IMG/VR virus record: IMGVR_UViG_3300005748_000015
Coordinates: 32,001 to 96,000 of that record
Source of the DNA: a virus
Reading direction: 5' to 3' (one strand)
Length of the DNA stretch: 64,000 nt
The notes beneath the pieces were generated by a model that saw only the letters and a program-made list of their open reading frames with translations, was not told the DNA's origin and did not search any database. A program made the position numbers and the translations under genes. Below, one piece after another: positions 19,396-30,400 of the stretch; position 1 is the stretch's first letter; each line of letters starts with the position of its first letter.

Positions 19396-20115
19396 TTAAC
19401 TCCCTTTTGGTTTTTCTATTTTGTCAATTAGATTTAATTTCAACGCCATTTCAGCATCAATAAACGTATCAAAATTAAGCATACACTCTAGTTTTTCTCT
19501 ATTAATTTCTATTAATTTTCTTTTTGATCCTGAGTGTAATTTTAAAGCTTGCTTATATTTACCTATTAAATTTAAATATTCTTCTTGAGTTATTTTTACA
19601 TTTTCAAGCTTTTCAAGAAAAACATCTTCCATAAGCTCGTTAATTTTTTCGCTTTCTAACGCTGATTTTAAAACTGTTTTTGAGTGAGCATTTGCCCCAT
19701 CGTATCCGTAATGAATCATAATTCTAGAGTTTTCACTCATAACTCTAGAATCAGCTGCTTGTAAAACCCAAGACCCCATACTCATAGCATGACCATAAAC
19801 TTTTATGGTAATGTGGTTTTTACAGTTTCTAATAGCATCATATATTGCAAGGCCGTGATAAACTTCACCGCCCGGATTATTCATTATGATAGTTATAGGC
19901 TTGTTTCCTTTTCTAGATTCTGCATCTTGATTATCTAAAATGTGAAGGGTTTTAATGACTTGTTCAGCCATGCTAAAATCAACCCCTGATTCTCCTTCAT
20001 AAGTATCGTAATAAGTACTACCCATATAGATAGTTCTAGTAGGAAGATATATGTCATTGTCCATAAACTGATCGACATCATCTTTTTTAAATTTGTGATA
20101 AGTTTCATCACTCAT
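19396..20115 (-). CDS. clpP: ClpP-like ATP-dependent protease proteolytic subunit
   Basis: ITIIMNNPGGEVYHGLAIYDAI, AMSMG (Ser), IMIH (His), FDTFIDAEMALKLNLIDKI. Confidence 0.85.
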   Translation of the reverse strand: MSDETYHKFKKDDVDQFMDNDIYLPTRTIYMGSTYYDTYEGESGVDFSMAEQVIKTLHILDNQDAESRKGNKPITIIMNNPGGEVYHGLAIYDAIRNCKNHITIKVYGHAMSMGSWVLQAADSRVMSENSRIMIHYGYDGANAHSKTVLKSALESEKINELMEDVFLEKLENVKITQEEYLNLIGKYKQALKLHSGSKRKLIEINREKLECMLNFDTFIDAEMALKLNLIDKIEKPKGS

Positions 20116-20123
20116 TTTTTACC

Positions 20124-20945
20124 TCACACAGATATTTTGTCAGCATAATTCCATCCTGATTTAACAGCTGTTAACCATTCTCTTTCTTTAAAATCTGATT
20201 GTTCTTCAAAATAACCCTCTAATACGTGTATTGTATTATCCAATCCAAATCCATTTAATGCAAGCTCACATCCAATTGACATCCACATTTGATTCCTAGA
20301 GCCTTCCATATTATGCACACCCTCTTCTAGAATATCTTTAGCCCATCTTTTGATACCAGATATTTTAGGTATTCCCGTGTGGTTTCTATGCTTTTTAACA
20401 AGTGGTTTTGGAGCTTTAGCAGGATGTTTGTTTAGCCAATCATGTAGTTCATCTAAACTTATTCTTTTGCCCATATGAACAATCTTTTGTTCTTTTCCAG
20501 TTTCAGGCCTGATAACCCCCGGAAACCTTACAGACCTACTTGGATTTTTTGTTTTTTGATCGGCTTGAGTCATTATGTTTAAAATCCATTGATATGTAAA
20601 TCTATAAATTTGTTCGCCAGGAACTTCACGATCTAATACCAAGGCAAAGTGTAAAGACTTTGAACCAGAATGACAACAGTATGAGAATGGAAAATTCATA
20701 CTTTTTACATAATCCCATTGTTGAGCAATTGATATGTCATCACATTCAATCATAAAAGTTCTATATGTTGTTACGTTTTGATCACACCTTTGACCTGTAA
20801 TTGGATTCATTGCAACCAATACAGTTTTTTCTTCGTCAATATTTTCTTGAGGTTCACTAGGATAGGCATATGGATTTGAAGAGAAACAAATTTGTTCCCC
20901 CGGATCAAAAAATAAATTTAAAAACTGCTTAGTTACTTCCTTCAC
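20124..20945 (-). CDS. AEP-type primase/primase-polymerase with PriCT-like C-terminus
   Basis: MIECDD, HSGSKSLH, KNPSRSVRFPG, GSRNQ; near the helicase. Confidence 0.75.
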   Translation of the reverse strand: MKEVTKQFLNLFFDPGEQICFSSNPYAYPSEPQENIDEEKTVLVAMNPITGQRCDQNVTTYRTFMIECDDISIAQQWDYVKSMNFPFSYCCHSGSKSLHFALVLDREVPGEQIYRFTYQWILNIMTQADQKTKNPSRSVRFPGVIRPETGKEQKIVHMGKRISLDELHDWLNKHPAKAPKPLVKKHRNHTGIPKISGIKRWAKDILEEGVHNMEGSRNQMWMSIGCELALNGFGLDNTIHVLEGYFEEQSDFKEREWLTAVKSGWNYADKISV

Positions 20946-21147
20946 CTAATAACCTTTGTAATTCTAATAATTCAAATTTTAAATCTGCAAGATTGTATTG
21001 TAAAAATACACTTAAAACTCTAAGCCTGTCTGTGTTTTCAACTTTATCCATAGCTTCAGATAGAGTTTGTTGGTAATCTCTTAACTCAGGAACTCTGTGT
21101 AATAATTCAAACAATTCTTTCCTAGCACTTTCTACTGTATAATTCAT
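20929..21147 (-). CDS. Hypothetical protein
   Basis: Coupled ORF between primase and helicase. Confidence 0.55.
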   Translation of the reverse strand: MNYTVESARKELFELLHRVPELRDYQQTLSEAMDKVENTDRLRVLSVFLQYNLADLKFELLELQRLLGEGSN

Positions 21148-22310
21148 TAGTCTTTCCCAATTTTATCCAAGCCATATTTTTTAATATCATCTTGAGTTTT
21201 TCTTTTTGCCCTTTCTGCTGTAACTTTAGCATCCCACTCAGCACTAGGGTCTATGTACCTTTGCATTTTTTTATCAAAAGCTAAGTATTGTAATGGTTGA
21301 AAATTTTCGTGACTAAAACGTATTTTATGACCGTAAAGCCATGAGCAACTATTGTCAAAATCTCTTGTTAACTCAATAATATCAGTAGCATACATAAGAA
21401 TACTTTGGCCACCTATCCATCTATACTGCGGCTGAGAAGAAGCATAATCAATCTGGCCTTTGTTTTCTATTTTTTTATCAGATTTAACACCCTTACATTG
21501 TGCAAATAATATAATTGGAAAAGGTGATGAGTCTTTAAAAATATTTAATTCCGTAGCAAGCTCATTATTAACAGTCCAAGCATCTTGTTTTACTTCTTGA
21601 TTTCTATTTATATTGGTATAGTAATCAATAATAACAGCATCAAATTTACCTTTTGCACTATTCAAAGTAGACATTACACCTTTTACAGTTGTTACCCTGT
21701 ATGCGTCCTTTGAATTTTTAGGAGATATTACAATTAACTTTTTATTATTAGAAAGGTGCATTATGTCATTTGTAACTTTTTGGATTTCTTCTTTTGTGCA
21801 TTTGTTTGTTTTGTAATCACCAAAAGAAACTGTTTGTCTTAGACAAGAAATTCTAGCTCTAATATCTGTTTCTTTTTCTTCGTTAGATAAAATTAAAATT
21901 CTTTTATCTTCATTTATTAATGTTTCGGCTATTTTTGCTGTAAGAGTGGATTTACCATTATTTGTTTGAGAGCATACTACCATCAAACTACCGGGAGCGC
22001 AAATAAAGTTTTTAGACATTTTTTCATCAATAAAAGTGAGAGCATTTTTACGATCTTCTAAATCTTTGTAAGATTCATTGATATCAAAACCTCTATCTAA
22101 TAAATTTTCTTCTTCGATTGTTTCTTGTAATTCTGTAGCCTCATCTATTTTAGTTTTTCTTATTTTTAATTCTTTATGACGAATTTCAGAATACATTCTT
22201 TTGTTTTCTTCGTCAATTCTTTGAAGTTCTAAGCTTTCTTCGTACTCACTTTTCAAAGCTTCTTTGAATTTTTCTTTTGAAACAAAATGTTCTTTGTTAG
22301 AATCGCTCAT
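21147..22310 (-). CDS. DnaB-like SF4 replicative helicase
   Basis: Walker A SQTNNGKST, LSNEE, Walker B IIDY, LFAQ. Confidence 0.75.
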   Translation of the reverse strand: MSDSNKEHFVSKEKFKEALKSEYEESLELQRIDEENKRMYSEIRHKELKIRKTKIDEATELQETIEEENLLDRGFDINESYKDLEDRKNALTFIDEKMSKNFICAPGSLMVVCSQTNNGKSTLTAKIAETLINEDKRILILSNEEKETDIRARISCLRQTVSFGDYKTNKCTKEEIQKVTNDIMHLSNNKKLIVISPKNSKDAYRVTTVKGVMSTLNSAKGKFDAVIIDYYTNINRNQEVKQDAWTVNNELATELNIFKDSSPFPIILFAQCKGVKSDKKIENKGQIDYASSQPQYRWIGGQSILMYATDIIELTRDFDNSCSWLYGHKIRFSHENFQPLQYLAFDKKMQRYIDPSAEWDAKVTAERAKRKTQDDIKKYGLDKIGKD

Positions 22311-22316
22311 AATTAT

Positions 22317-22327
22317 ATAATATCACA
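22317..22327 (-). promoter_or_regulatory. Extended -10 promoter TGTGATATTAT, 6 nt before helicase ATG (leaderless)
   Basis: Repeated motif; no room for an SD. Confidence 0.6.
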
Positions 22328-23137
22328 TTATTTTTTTAAAACATTAATAATATTTTCGTTTTCCATTATTATTAAATTTGTTTCGGGGTTTCCATAATAC
22401 ACATTATCTCTAGGATCAAGTCCTAAGTCTTTGATATCCTGAGCTGTCAAATGATTTCCAGTAAGATAAACAGCTCTAACCATTTGGTTATCTTTGTATA
22501 AAAATCTTGTCTTGTTATTTTTTATGTCGTTTTCTTTTAGTATTTCCTTATATCTTTTTTTACTAATCCTTTTATATCCGTATACTTCTGGATATCTAGC
22601 AAGGTCAACATCTGAAGGATTGTTTTTTGCATTGCCTATAAAAAACAATTGTTTATTTATTGTACCTCTTATATTTTTATTTTTACCTTTTGAGAATCTG
22701 GCAACTTCTTGCATTCTTTGATTTAAAAATCTACTTAGATTATAACATTCCTGTCTGAACACATCCATTTTATCAGGCTCACTATCTTGGCCGTATTGTT
22801 TTTTGTGTTTTAGTATAAACTTTTCCATCAAATCAGGATTTTCAGCAAGACCACTCATGGAAATAAAAGACACGGTATGTACTCTTGCAATGTTTCTAAG
22901 GTCTTCCATTTCAAAGCCTACTTCATTAAATAGCTGATAATTTCTGATAAAAAACTTATCTGAAATATTACACAGCATCTCTTCAAATTGAGCAAGTCTT
23001 TCTGGCGTTGGATTTGTAGAATTTCTGAAATAACGATGTCTCATGTATACAAGCTCAAAATAATCTTGAGAATCTATTTTCATATTGTCTACGACATCTG
23101 AATCGGGTAAATCCCGAAGGTATTTTTTTTCTGACAT
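22328..23137 (-). CDS. Divergent sigma-factor-like protein (region 2-like)
   Basis: FNEVGFEMEDLRNIARVHTVSF resembles sigma region 2.2 (G.e.eDL.q.g.igl); strong SD GGAGG. Confidence 0.4.
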   Translation of the reverse strand: MSEKKYLRDLPDSDVVDNMKIDSQDYFELVYMRHRYFRNSTNPTPERLAQFEEMLCNISDKFFIRNYQLFNEVGFEMEDLRNIARVHTVSFISMSGLAENPDLMEKFILKHKKQYGQDSEPDKMDVFRQECYNLSRFLNQRMQEVARFSKGKNKNIRGTINKQLFFIGNAKNNPSDVDLARYPEVYGYKRISKKRYKEILKENDIKNNKTRFLYKDNQMVRAVYLTGNHLTAQDIKDLGLDPRDNVYYGNPETNLIIMENENIINVLKK

Positions 23138-23236
23138 ATTTCCTCCGCAAAATAAAAGAGTCTAAACCCACATCCTCTTTTGGCCTCTCCACTCAACAGC
23201 TTAGAGACTTTCCTAGCCCACCGGATCAGAAGGCAT

Positions 23237-24277
23237 CTATGCATCTAGCATTTTTACTTGATCTAAAATTCTTTGTCCCATTTCAAGGTCGTCAGCAATA
23301 GCTTGTGCCATAGCTTTTTTACCTTTATAATTTTCACCTTCATAAACGTAAGTTACGTTATTAGGTCTTTCAATTATACCAGTATTTACGCCAAGCTCAA
23401 AGATTTCCTCGTGCTGATTAATAAAACCTTTTTTATAATCTAGTGTAACTTTAGCCGTTCTACCAGCTTGTCCCACAGAATTTTGTTCCATTTTAACGTA
23501 AATTTTATGTCCTGTTACAGCCTTTTTACCTCTGGCATCTTTGATTTCTCCTTCAAATGATTGTCCAGAAATATCTTTTTTATCGTCTGCTGACCCTGCT
23601 TTTTTTACTGATAAGAAATATTCGTGATTATGCTCACACGCTTTTGGCACAGCTGCTTTGACATCAGGCCCGTACATTTCACCAATATTCATACGTACTT
23701 GAGCTACCGTAATATATGTAATCCCATGTTTTTTAAAAAACGGAATTATTCTATCAAGACCTCTAGTAATTGTCAAAGCTTTATCGCCAATCAAGTGATC
23801 TCCTACTGATCGACCTTCAGCTTTAATACCACCGATTGCCGTAAGAGAATCTATAATAACCATTTTTAATGGCATACCATCTTGTACCATTGGTTGCACT
23901 TCGTCAGCTAGATAATCAAAAACATCTCTAGGGTCAGACGTGTCATATGTAACAATTCTGTTAGGGTCAACATTTCCAAAAAAACCTTTTTGATATTTAC
24001 CCTTCATTTCTGTAGAAAAATATAACACAATACCTTCACCATCATCCTCATGCAGTTGCCCTGCAATAGCTTGTGATAACAGTGACTTACCAGCTTTAGG
24101 CTCAGAAAAAAGTAAAACACCAGAACCTTTTGGAATACCATGGGACTTATTTGCAAAAATCCAATTCACATACGGACTAGGTGTGTATGTACAATTTTCT
24201 GGAGCAAAAGCATCATAGTTATTATCTACAGCTGCATCGCTTTTCCTTAATTGTTTTAACCATTTGTTCTCTGCCAT
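23237..24277 (-). CDS. recA: RecA/UvsX-like recombinase
   Basis: GIPKG, SEPKAGKS, VIIDSL, AQVRMNIG, LDYKKG. Confidence 0.9.
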   Translation of the reverse strand: MAENKWLKQLRKSDAAVDNNYDAFAPENCTYTPSPYVNWIFANKSHGIPKGSGVLLFSEPKAGKSLLSQAIAGQLHEDDGEGIVLYFSTEMKGKYQKGFFGNVDPNRIVTYDTSDPRDVFDYLADEVQPMVQDGMPLKMVIIDSLTAIGGIKAEGRSVGDHLIGDKALTITRGLDRIIPFFKKHGITYITVAQVRMNIGEMYGPDVKAAVPKACEHNHEYFLSVKKAGSADDKKDISGQSFEGEIKDARGKKAVTGHKIYVKMEQNSVGQAGRTAKVTLDYKKGFINQHEEIFELGVNTGIIERPNNVTYVYEGENYKGKKAMAQAIADDLEMGQRILDQVKMLDA

Positions 24278-24278
24278 T

Positions 24279-24503
24279 TTAGAATCCTTTTTTAAGCTGT
24301 TTCTTTACTTTTCTATAAAAATACTTACTTTTGTTTACAACAACCTGTCTCACAACTTCTTTGGGAGGCAAAAGCTGTCCAAAACCATCTCTGAAATAAA
24401 CAACTTTTTTTACAGTTTTTAAAGCACCGTACTCAGCTTGTCTAAGATTTTCTTTTGTCATTCCAAGTTGTTTTCTGATTTTTCTTGCTTTTTTTGCGTT
24501 CAT
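24279..24503 (-). CDS. Small basic hypothetical protein
   Basis: MNAKKARKIRK...YRKVKK. Confidence 0.6.
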   Translation of the reverse strand: MNAKKARKIRKQLGMTKENLRQAEYGALKTVKKVVYFRDGFGQLLPPKEVVRQVVVNKSKYFYRKVKKQLKKGF

Positions 24504-24748
24504 TTTGATTCCTCATTATATTCTTTTAGAATTTTGTTTAAAGCAGACTCTTTAATTTGGGATTTTAACCCTTTTATTTCTACTTTATACTCAACCTCTA
24601 CCTCTTGTGTTTGGTATAGTTTGATTTTTTTAGTATCTTTAGTTTTTAATTCCAACATATAATCAATAGCTTTTTCTGACGTATCAAATGTTTTGTAACT
24701 ATAATGAGTATTATTACCGTACAAATATTTTACTAAAAATTCAGTCAT
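24500..24748 (-). CDS. Hypothetical protein
   Basis: Likely start MTEF with SD GAGGT. Confidence 0.5.
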   Translation of the reverse strand: MTEFLVKYLYGNNTHYSYKTFDTSEKAIDYMLELKTKDTKKIKLYQTQEVEVEYKVEIKGLKSQIKESALNKILKEYNEESK

Positions 24749-24752
24749 AATA

Positions 24753-25247
24753 TTACCTCGTAGTGATTCCATTTGTTCTAAAGTAATCCATTTGCTTCTT
24801 TAGAAACCTGGAAGTGTTTTCCATTATCTTCATATGTGATTCAAAATGCTCTAACATTGCTTCAAGTTTTTCAACATGCTCTTGTGCTTTTTTGTAGTCT
24901 TCATTTCTTGCAATAACAGCATTTCTGAATTGAGCATTACCTGTTATACCTTTAGGCATAGTTTCCATAAGCTTTGGTATTTCTTCAAAAATAATGTCTG
25001 ATTTAATTTCTTCTACATTTTGTCTAGCTTTCTTTAGAGCATCACCAACCTGGATTGCATTTCTTTTTGATTCTCTCCAAGCTTCTTGAAAAGTAAATTC
25101 AAGATCAAGGTAGTTAGATGCTACAAGTGTTTTGGCTTCTGGAAAACGCTTCATAGCTACTTCCCAACCTGACATTTGTAGTCTAAGCTCTGGACAATGT
25201 CTAAAAGCAGGGACAACCATAGTTGTCCCATTATTTTGTTCACTCAT
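24753..25247 (-). CDS. Helical protein, possibly UvsY-like recombination mediator
   Basis: Coiled-coil ORF between SSB and RecA; function inferred from position only. Confidence 0.35.
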   Translation of the reverse strand: MSEQNNGTTMVVPAFRHCPELRLQMSGWEVAMKRFPEAKTLVASNYLDLEFTFQEAWRESKRNAIQVGDALKKARQNVEEIKSDIIFEEIPKLMETMPKGITGNAQFRNAVIARNEDYKKAQEHVEKLEAMLEHFESHMKIMENTSRFLKKQMDYFRTNGITTR

Positions 25248-26266
25248 TAGATGTTACCGCTTTCTACCGCTTTGAAAAAGTCTTCATCACTCATCTGAGA
25301 TAAATCACCACCATTAGCGGCTGGCTGCTCTTGAGTTGCTTGTGCAACAACTTGTTGAGTTGTAGTCTCACTAGTGTTTGTACTGATAGTCGTATCAGCA
25401 GTATTAGTACTAACAATTTGCTCAGTTGCTTGTGTAGTAGCTTCTGTAGACTGAGAAACAAGTCCTAACTCTTGTTGAGTTTCTGTGCTTGAAGCTTGGC
25501 TAGTTTTTTTAGAGTTTCCAAGAATCTCATCAACAGCAGATGGGCCTTCGTGTACAATTCTGTACTCTTCTTCAGCAGTTACAGAAGGGTAAACTTTATT
25601 AAGCTCAAATGCATCAGTCTCAAGCTTAGACAGAATAGAATCTGTTAAGCTGTGAGGGAAAGGTGCGTCTACAACAATTCTACCTGTAGGGCCATCAATT
25701 TCTTGTTTTTGCTTATATTCTGTAACAGTGTAAAGAGTATCCCTACCCTTTCCTGACCTATTAAATACAAGATATCTTCCGTTTTCAACACCAATAGGGT
25801 CTACACCTTCACTTCTAAGCCTATCAATTTCAGCCTTAAGAGCTTGGTATCCTCTGTGACCAATTTTAAATAGACCTACATTACCTTGCAAATCAACTGC
25901 GTTCATGTAGTGTTTAGCGTCTTGATTGTATTGTCTAAGAAGTTCTCTGCATCTTTGCTCAGTAGCAGTATCTCCAGAATCTTTTGCTTGATCAGCCTGA
26001 TTTTTTAGACCTTCTCTTCTTTTGTGAGCTTCAGACTCAACCTCTACCATACCTTGGTAATTAACAACTCTAGGTGATAGAAATGGTTTTAATCTGTTAT
26101 CAGAAGTCTTGTATCCAAACTCAACTTTGTGATAAACAGACCACTTTCCTGCGTCAGCAAGCTCACCCATTGGTGGTAGAATTCTTAAAATGAACGTATT
26201 CTGATCTTTTCTAAATGCAAAATAGTTCTTACTGCTTTGTTCGTACTTTGGTTTTCCTAGTTTCAT
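25247..26266 (-). CDS. Single-stranded DNA-binding protein (gp32-like)
   Basis: LRILPP, YMNAVD, SGKGRDTLY, low-complexity T/Q linker and acidic tail MSDEDFF. Confidence 0.7.
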   Translation of the reverse strand: MKLGKPKYEQSSKNYFAFRKDQNTFILRILPPMGELADAGKWSVYHKVEFGYKTSDNRLKPFLSPRVVNYQGMVEVESEAHKRREGLKNQADQAKDSGDTATEQRCRELLRQYNQDAKHYMNAVDLQGNVGLFKIGHRGYQALKAEIDRLRSEGVDPIGVENGRYLVFNRSGKGRDTLYTVTEYKQKQEIDGPTGRIVVDAPFPHSLTDSILSKLETDAFELNKVYPSVTAEEEYRIVHEGPSAVDEILGNSKKTSQASSTETQQELGLVSQSTEATTQATEQIVSTNTADTTISTNTSETTTQQVVAQATQEQPAANGGDLSQMSDEDFFKAVESGNI

Positions 26267-26277
26267 GCCATTCTCCT

Positions 26278-27036
26278 TTAAGCGTTTGCGGCTATTTTCT
26301 TCAAGGCTTCGCCAACTCCTTCTGAGTCAACATCTGTTAAATTTGCAATTGTATTAAAATCCTCTAAATCAGAATCGCCAGCTATAACCCTGACAATTCT
26401 AGGATTGATCTTTATAATATCACGTGATAATGTTTGAATCAAGGAAAAATCCTCTGAATAAATCAAAATAGGTACAATTTTTGATCTATAATTTTTATTT
26501 ACAGCTTCTTGAGCTGTTCTTTCTAGTGCATCAAGAGCTACTACCTCTCCACCAACAATATCATTGAGAGCATCTCTAACTACTAAAACCATCTCATCTT
26601 CATTTTTTACAACCCTTTGGTATTTAGAATTGAACATTAAGGAGTTATAAGACAAGACATCTAACGCTTTCATTTTCTTTTCAAGCACATTATCTACGAC
26701 ATCAAATATAGAAGCGTTAACAGTTTTACCCTTGTAAAGCTGTGGATGGATATCATTTACAATTTCTTTTGCAAGAGTTTCACCAGAGATTGAAAAGCAC
26801 CCAAAGTCTTGTTTGGCAATATTTCCAAATGATTCAGACTCACTACCAGTTACCAGTATAAAAACAGCTCTGTTTAAAATTTCGTTTTTATAATCAATGT
26901 AAAGGCCTTCAAGTTTGTTCTTGGCAGAATCTACTTGTCCTTTTTTATAAGGATAAGCTCTAGGACTTACTTGGCTAAGATCAGTTTCTGCAATTTGTTT
27001 TTGTTTGTTAATTTCATCTAAAATTTGTTCTAACAT
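26278..27036 (-). CDS. Hypothetical protein
   Basis: 252-aa ORF with SD AGGAG and own promoter. Confidence 0.7.
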   Translation of the reverse strand: MLEQILDEINKQKQIAETDLSQVSPRAYPYKKGQVDSAKNKLEGLYIDYKNEILNRAVFILVTGSESESFGNIAKQDFGCFSISGETLAKEIVNDIHPQLYKGKTVNASIFDVVDNVLEKKMKALDVLSYNSLMFNSKYQRVVKNEDEMVLVVRDALNDIVGGEVVALDALERTAQEAVNKNYRSKIVPILIYSEDFSLIQTLSRDIIKINPRIVRVIAGDSDLEDFNTIANLTDVDSEGVGEALKKIAANA

Positions 27037-27067
27037 TAAATACTCCTATATAAATTTTTGTACAACT

Positions 27068-27078
27068 ATAATACCATA
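27068..27078 (-). promoter_or_regulatory. Extended -10 promoter TATGGTATTAT
   Basis: Member of the repeated TRTGnTAnnAT motif. Confidence 0.55.
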
Positions 27079-27107
27079 CACAGCTAAAATAAAAAAGCAA
27101 ACAATAG

Positions 27108-27131
27108 TACTGGTCAACAAAAGGGCCAGTA
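27108..27131. terminator. Hairpin TACTGG(TC)...(GG)CCAGTA, possible terminator
   Basis: Inverted repeat in intergenic gap; T-rich tail on the minus strand is imperfect. Confidence 0.4.
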
Positions 27132-27169
27132 AAATATGGCTTAATTCTCTAAATATAAACTTTATAAAA

Positions 27170-27403
27170 TCATATAATATCAAAATATTTTCTAACATCT
27201 TCTTCATTTTTGTATAAATTTATTTCTTCTTCCATGTTTACAATTCCATTATAGCTGTTTGGAAATTGTTTTTCGGAAACAAACCTACCCGATTTATAAT
27301 TTATTTCTAAAACATAATTTTGCTCATCATATGTAATATATGTTATCAAAAAACAATCTTTAGATATTTGTTTAGATTCTAACTTTGTTTTTAAATCTAA
27401 CAA
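27170..27403 (-). CDS. Hypothetical protein
   Basis: SD AGGAGG and promoter immediately upstream. Confidence 0.65.
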   Translation of the reverse strand: MLDLKTKLESKQISKDCFLITYITYDEQNYVLEINYKSGRFVSEKQFPNSYNGIVNMEEEINLYKNEEDVRKYFDII

Positions 27404-27423
27404 TGTTACCTCCTATTAAAAAT

Positions 27424-27434
27424 ATAATATCACA
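27424..27434 (-). promoter_or_regulatory. Extended -10 promoter TGTGATATTAT
   Basis: Repeated motif. Confidence 0.6.
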
Positions 27435-27441
27435 CATTTTT

Positions 27442-30400
27442 TTAAACAATATCTTCTACTATTAAATCTTCAATATTTGTGTGATAATTTTCTTTGTTCA
27501 TTCTTCTACGCATAAACAAAAATACTACAGAATTTTTACTCAAGTTATCTGGATATTTCAAAACACCCGTTTCATAATCAGGCCATACTACCAACTCATC
27601 TAAATATCCATCAACATCAACAATTAATTTAAGAGCTTTTTTCTCACCATTTTTATAAGAAAACTCTTTAGATTCAACAACATACGCTGCCACACAGAAT
27701 TCTATGATTTTATCGCTGTCAGGTTGATATTCAATATTTTTAATATTTTGATAGGCCTTGCCATTAATCAGTCTTGTTTCTTTGCCATAACTACTAATAG
27801 CAAAGCTTGAAACGCTAGTGTTTATAATTTTTACAGTTTTACAATTTTTTTTGATGATATCCGTCAGCTGTATTGGCATTGTTGGGAATATCGATTTTTT
27901 TAATATAAAATCTTTGACTCGATTCATAAAAATATATTTCTCATCAATCTTGCCTTCTTTAATGACATGTTTACAGCGTGAAGTTTTAGGATGCTCTTTT
28001 GCAGCCTGAATAAATTTATCAATGGGTTGATCCCAATAAACTTCATTTTCAGACTTTTTCATAATTTTATCTTTATATTTATAAACTTCTACAGCGTTTT
28101 CAAACTCTTGCATTTTTTCCATCAAGTTAGAGTCAGGTTTAAAAAGACTATCTAAAACACCTACATGTATTAGTTTAAGTGTTAAAGAATGGCCTACAGC
28201 TTTTTTATCTACAAAATCTTGTATATCCTTATAAGGTCTACCATTTGTAATCTTATTAGCTACTTTCTCTCCAAGCCCTTTTAATACCGATAGTTTACTT
28301 CTAATAGTGCCAGAATTATAATCAATCACCATCTCTTCTTTTGACAAGTTGATATCTGGTGGCGATAAAATACCCCTAACATGTGGCCATAATACTTCTG
28401 TGATTTCTTTCTCTTCTGCATTTGACAGTACAGCTGCCCACCATTCTAATGGATAGTGATGTTTTAAATATGCACAAGCATATGCAATCATGGCATAGGC
28501 AACAGCGTGTGATTTGTTAAAACCATATCTACCAAATGTCTCAATCATTCCCCAAACTTCTGTCGCTGTTTTTTCATCAACAATACCATTGTTAACAGAA
28601 GCTTCAATAAATTGAGGTTTAAGCTCTTGAATCATTCTTAGTTTTTTCTTACCAACGGCAATACGAACATCTTCGGCTTTCTCGTCGTCCCACCCTGTCA
28701 TTTCCTTGGTAAGCTTTGTAACCTGTTCTTGATAGACAAAAACACCCTGAGTCTCAGGTAAAAGTCTATTAAGGATTTCAATCTCACCCTTACTTCGACC
28801 GTGTACACGTTCGATATATTCTTCGGCCATATTACGACCTGTCTTTTCATCAACAAAGTCTAATGGCCCTGGTCTTACAAGCGATGTAACAACCGCACAT
28901 TCTTCGATTGTTTTGGGCTTCATTTCCATTACGAATGGTGTAACCGATGTAGTATTTAATTGAAATACGGTTTCAGTCTTGCCTTCGCCAAGCATTTGAA
29001 ATACTTCAGGCTCTTCGGGTAAATCCCATATATAACAATATCCACCTTTATGATTAAAATATCCTGATTCTAATTTTTTATCCGAATCTTGTCGGTGGTT
29101 AATATATTTTAATGCCAATTCAATATCATTAAGACACTTAACAACTAGAAAATCGTACTTGTTTAGACCAGCCGCCTCAACTTCTGATGGCTCATATTGA
29201 GTTACGTTTTCATTGTCACCAACTTTCATTAAAGGAATAGTCTCAGTCAAAGCTTTTTCTGACAACACAAATCCACAATTATGAACTAGAATTCCATTTA
29301 TATATCCAACATTTTCTAAGGGTTCGTTAAAATCCCATACAGGAGATTTTCCATAATCTTCTATGTACAGACATTTTATCTTATTTGGTTTATATATTGT
29401 CCATTTAGCATCTTCTATTATTTGTCTTAGTCTTTTAGACTTATAATCTTGATAAAAACCTACTAAATTTTCAAAAGCAATTTTGTTTGTAACATGCGGT
29501 ATTGAAAGTGTTGCTGTGGATTTACTTGTATAAACTCCATTGTAGTGTTCGGTTTCTTTGGGTTTAGAATAAGAACAACTCGTATTAATATCGTGAGAAT
29601 TTAACCAAATTGCAATGTCTGAAATTAATAACTTAGAAGTTAATTTAATTGCAACAGTAGGTCTTGTTGATAAACAATATCCATTAGCACTAAATAAACC
29701 GCACATAAAATCTCTTTGACACTTCAGGTTCCACTCCCAAAAAACACGAGGCAGTCTTTTACTATGTGTTTTTTGGTTAATTTTAAACTCTACTGGAAGG
29801 TTGTAGGTTTTATATTTATCTTTTCTTTTTTTATCAGATGTTATTTTATAACCTTTTTTATTTAACCAACTAAATATTCTTTTCTTTGCTGCATCATCTT
29901 TTTTTGGAGTAAAATAAAACTCAAACCTATCTTTATCCGATTTTATATATGCCCCATCATTTAAAAACCACCCCAAAGCAAAAGCCATATCACTTTCTAC
30001 TTCCCCATCTTCAGAAGTGTTAATAAATGGTTTATAAGATACAGTTTCGCCTTTTAAATCCTTAGCTTCAATTTCTTTATCTCCAACCATAAACCTATGA
30101 TCTGGTGTACATTGAATTGACACTCCATTATTCATAGATACAACTACAGTATCTTTTACTCCAGAATACCATGTTTTAATAGGTTTATTATCAGCAAATT
30201 CTGGGGCTAAATCTATAAAATCAACTTTACCATTGCTGTCCACTAAAGTACCAGATGCAAAACACGCATGTCGCCCATTTTGTCTTGATATACCCAGAGT
30301 GCGCTTGACAATTTCCCATTCGTCAGGTCTTTCTTTTGTGTATTTTAATAACTTGTAATCTTTTTCTAACAACCCTGGAATATGATTTCCATCACTATCT

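Noticed and set aside
23160-23236. Hammerhead ribozyme (CTGAT.../CTGTTGA...AAA)
   Set aside because: The CUGAnGA and GAAA core elements are not present in the right arrangement.
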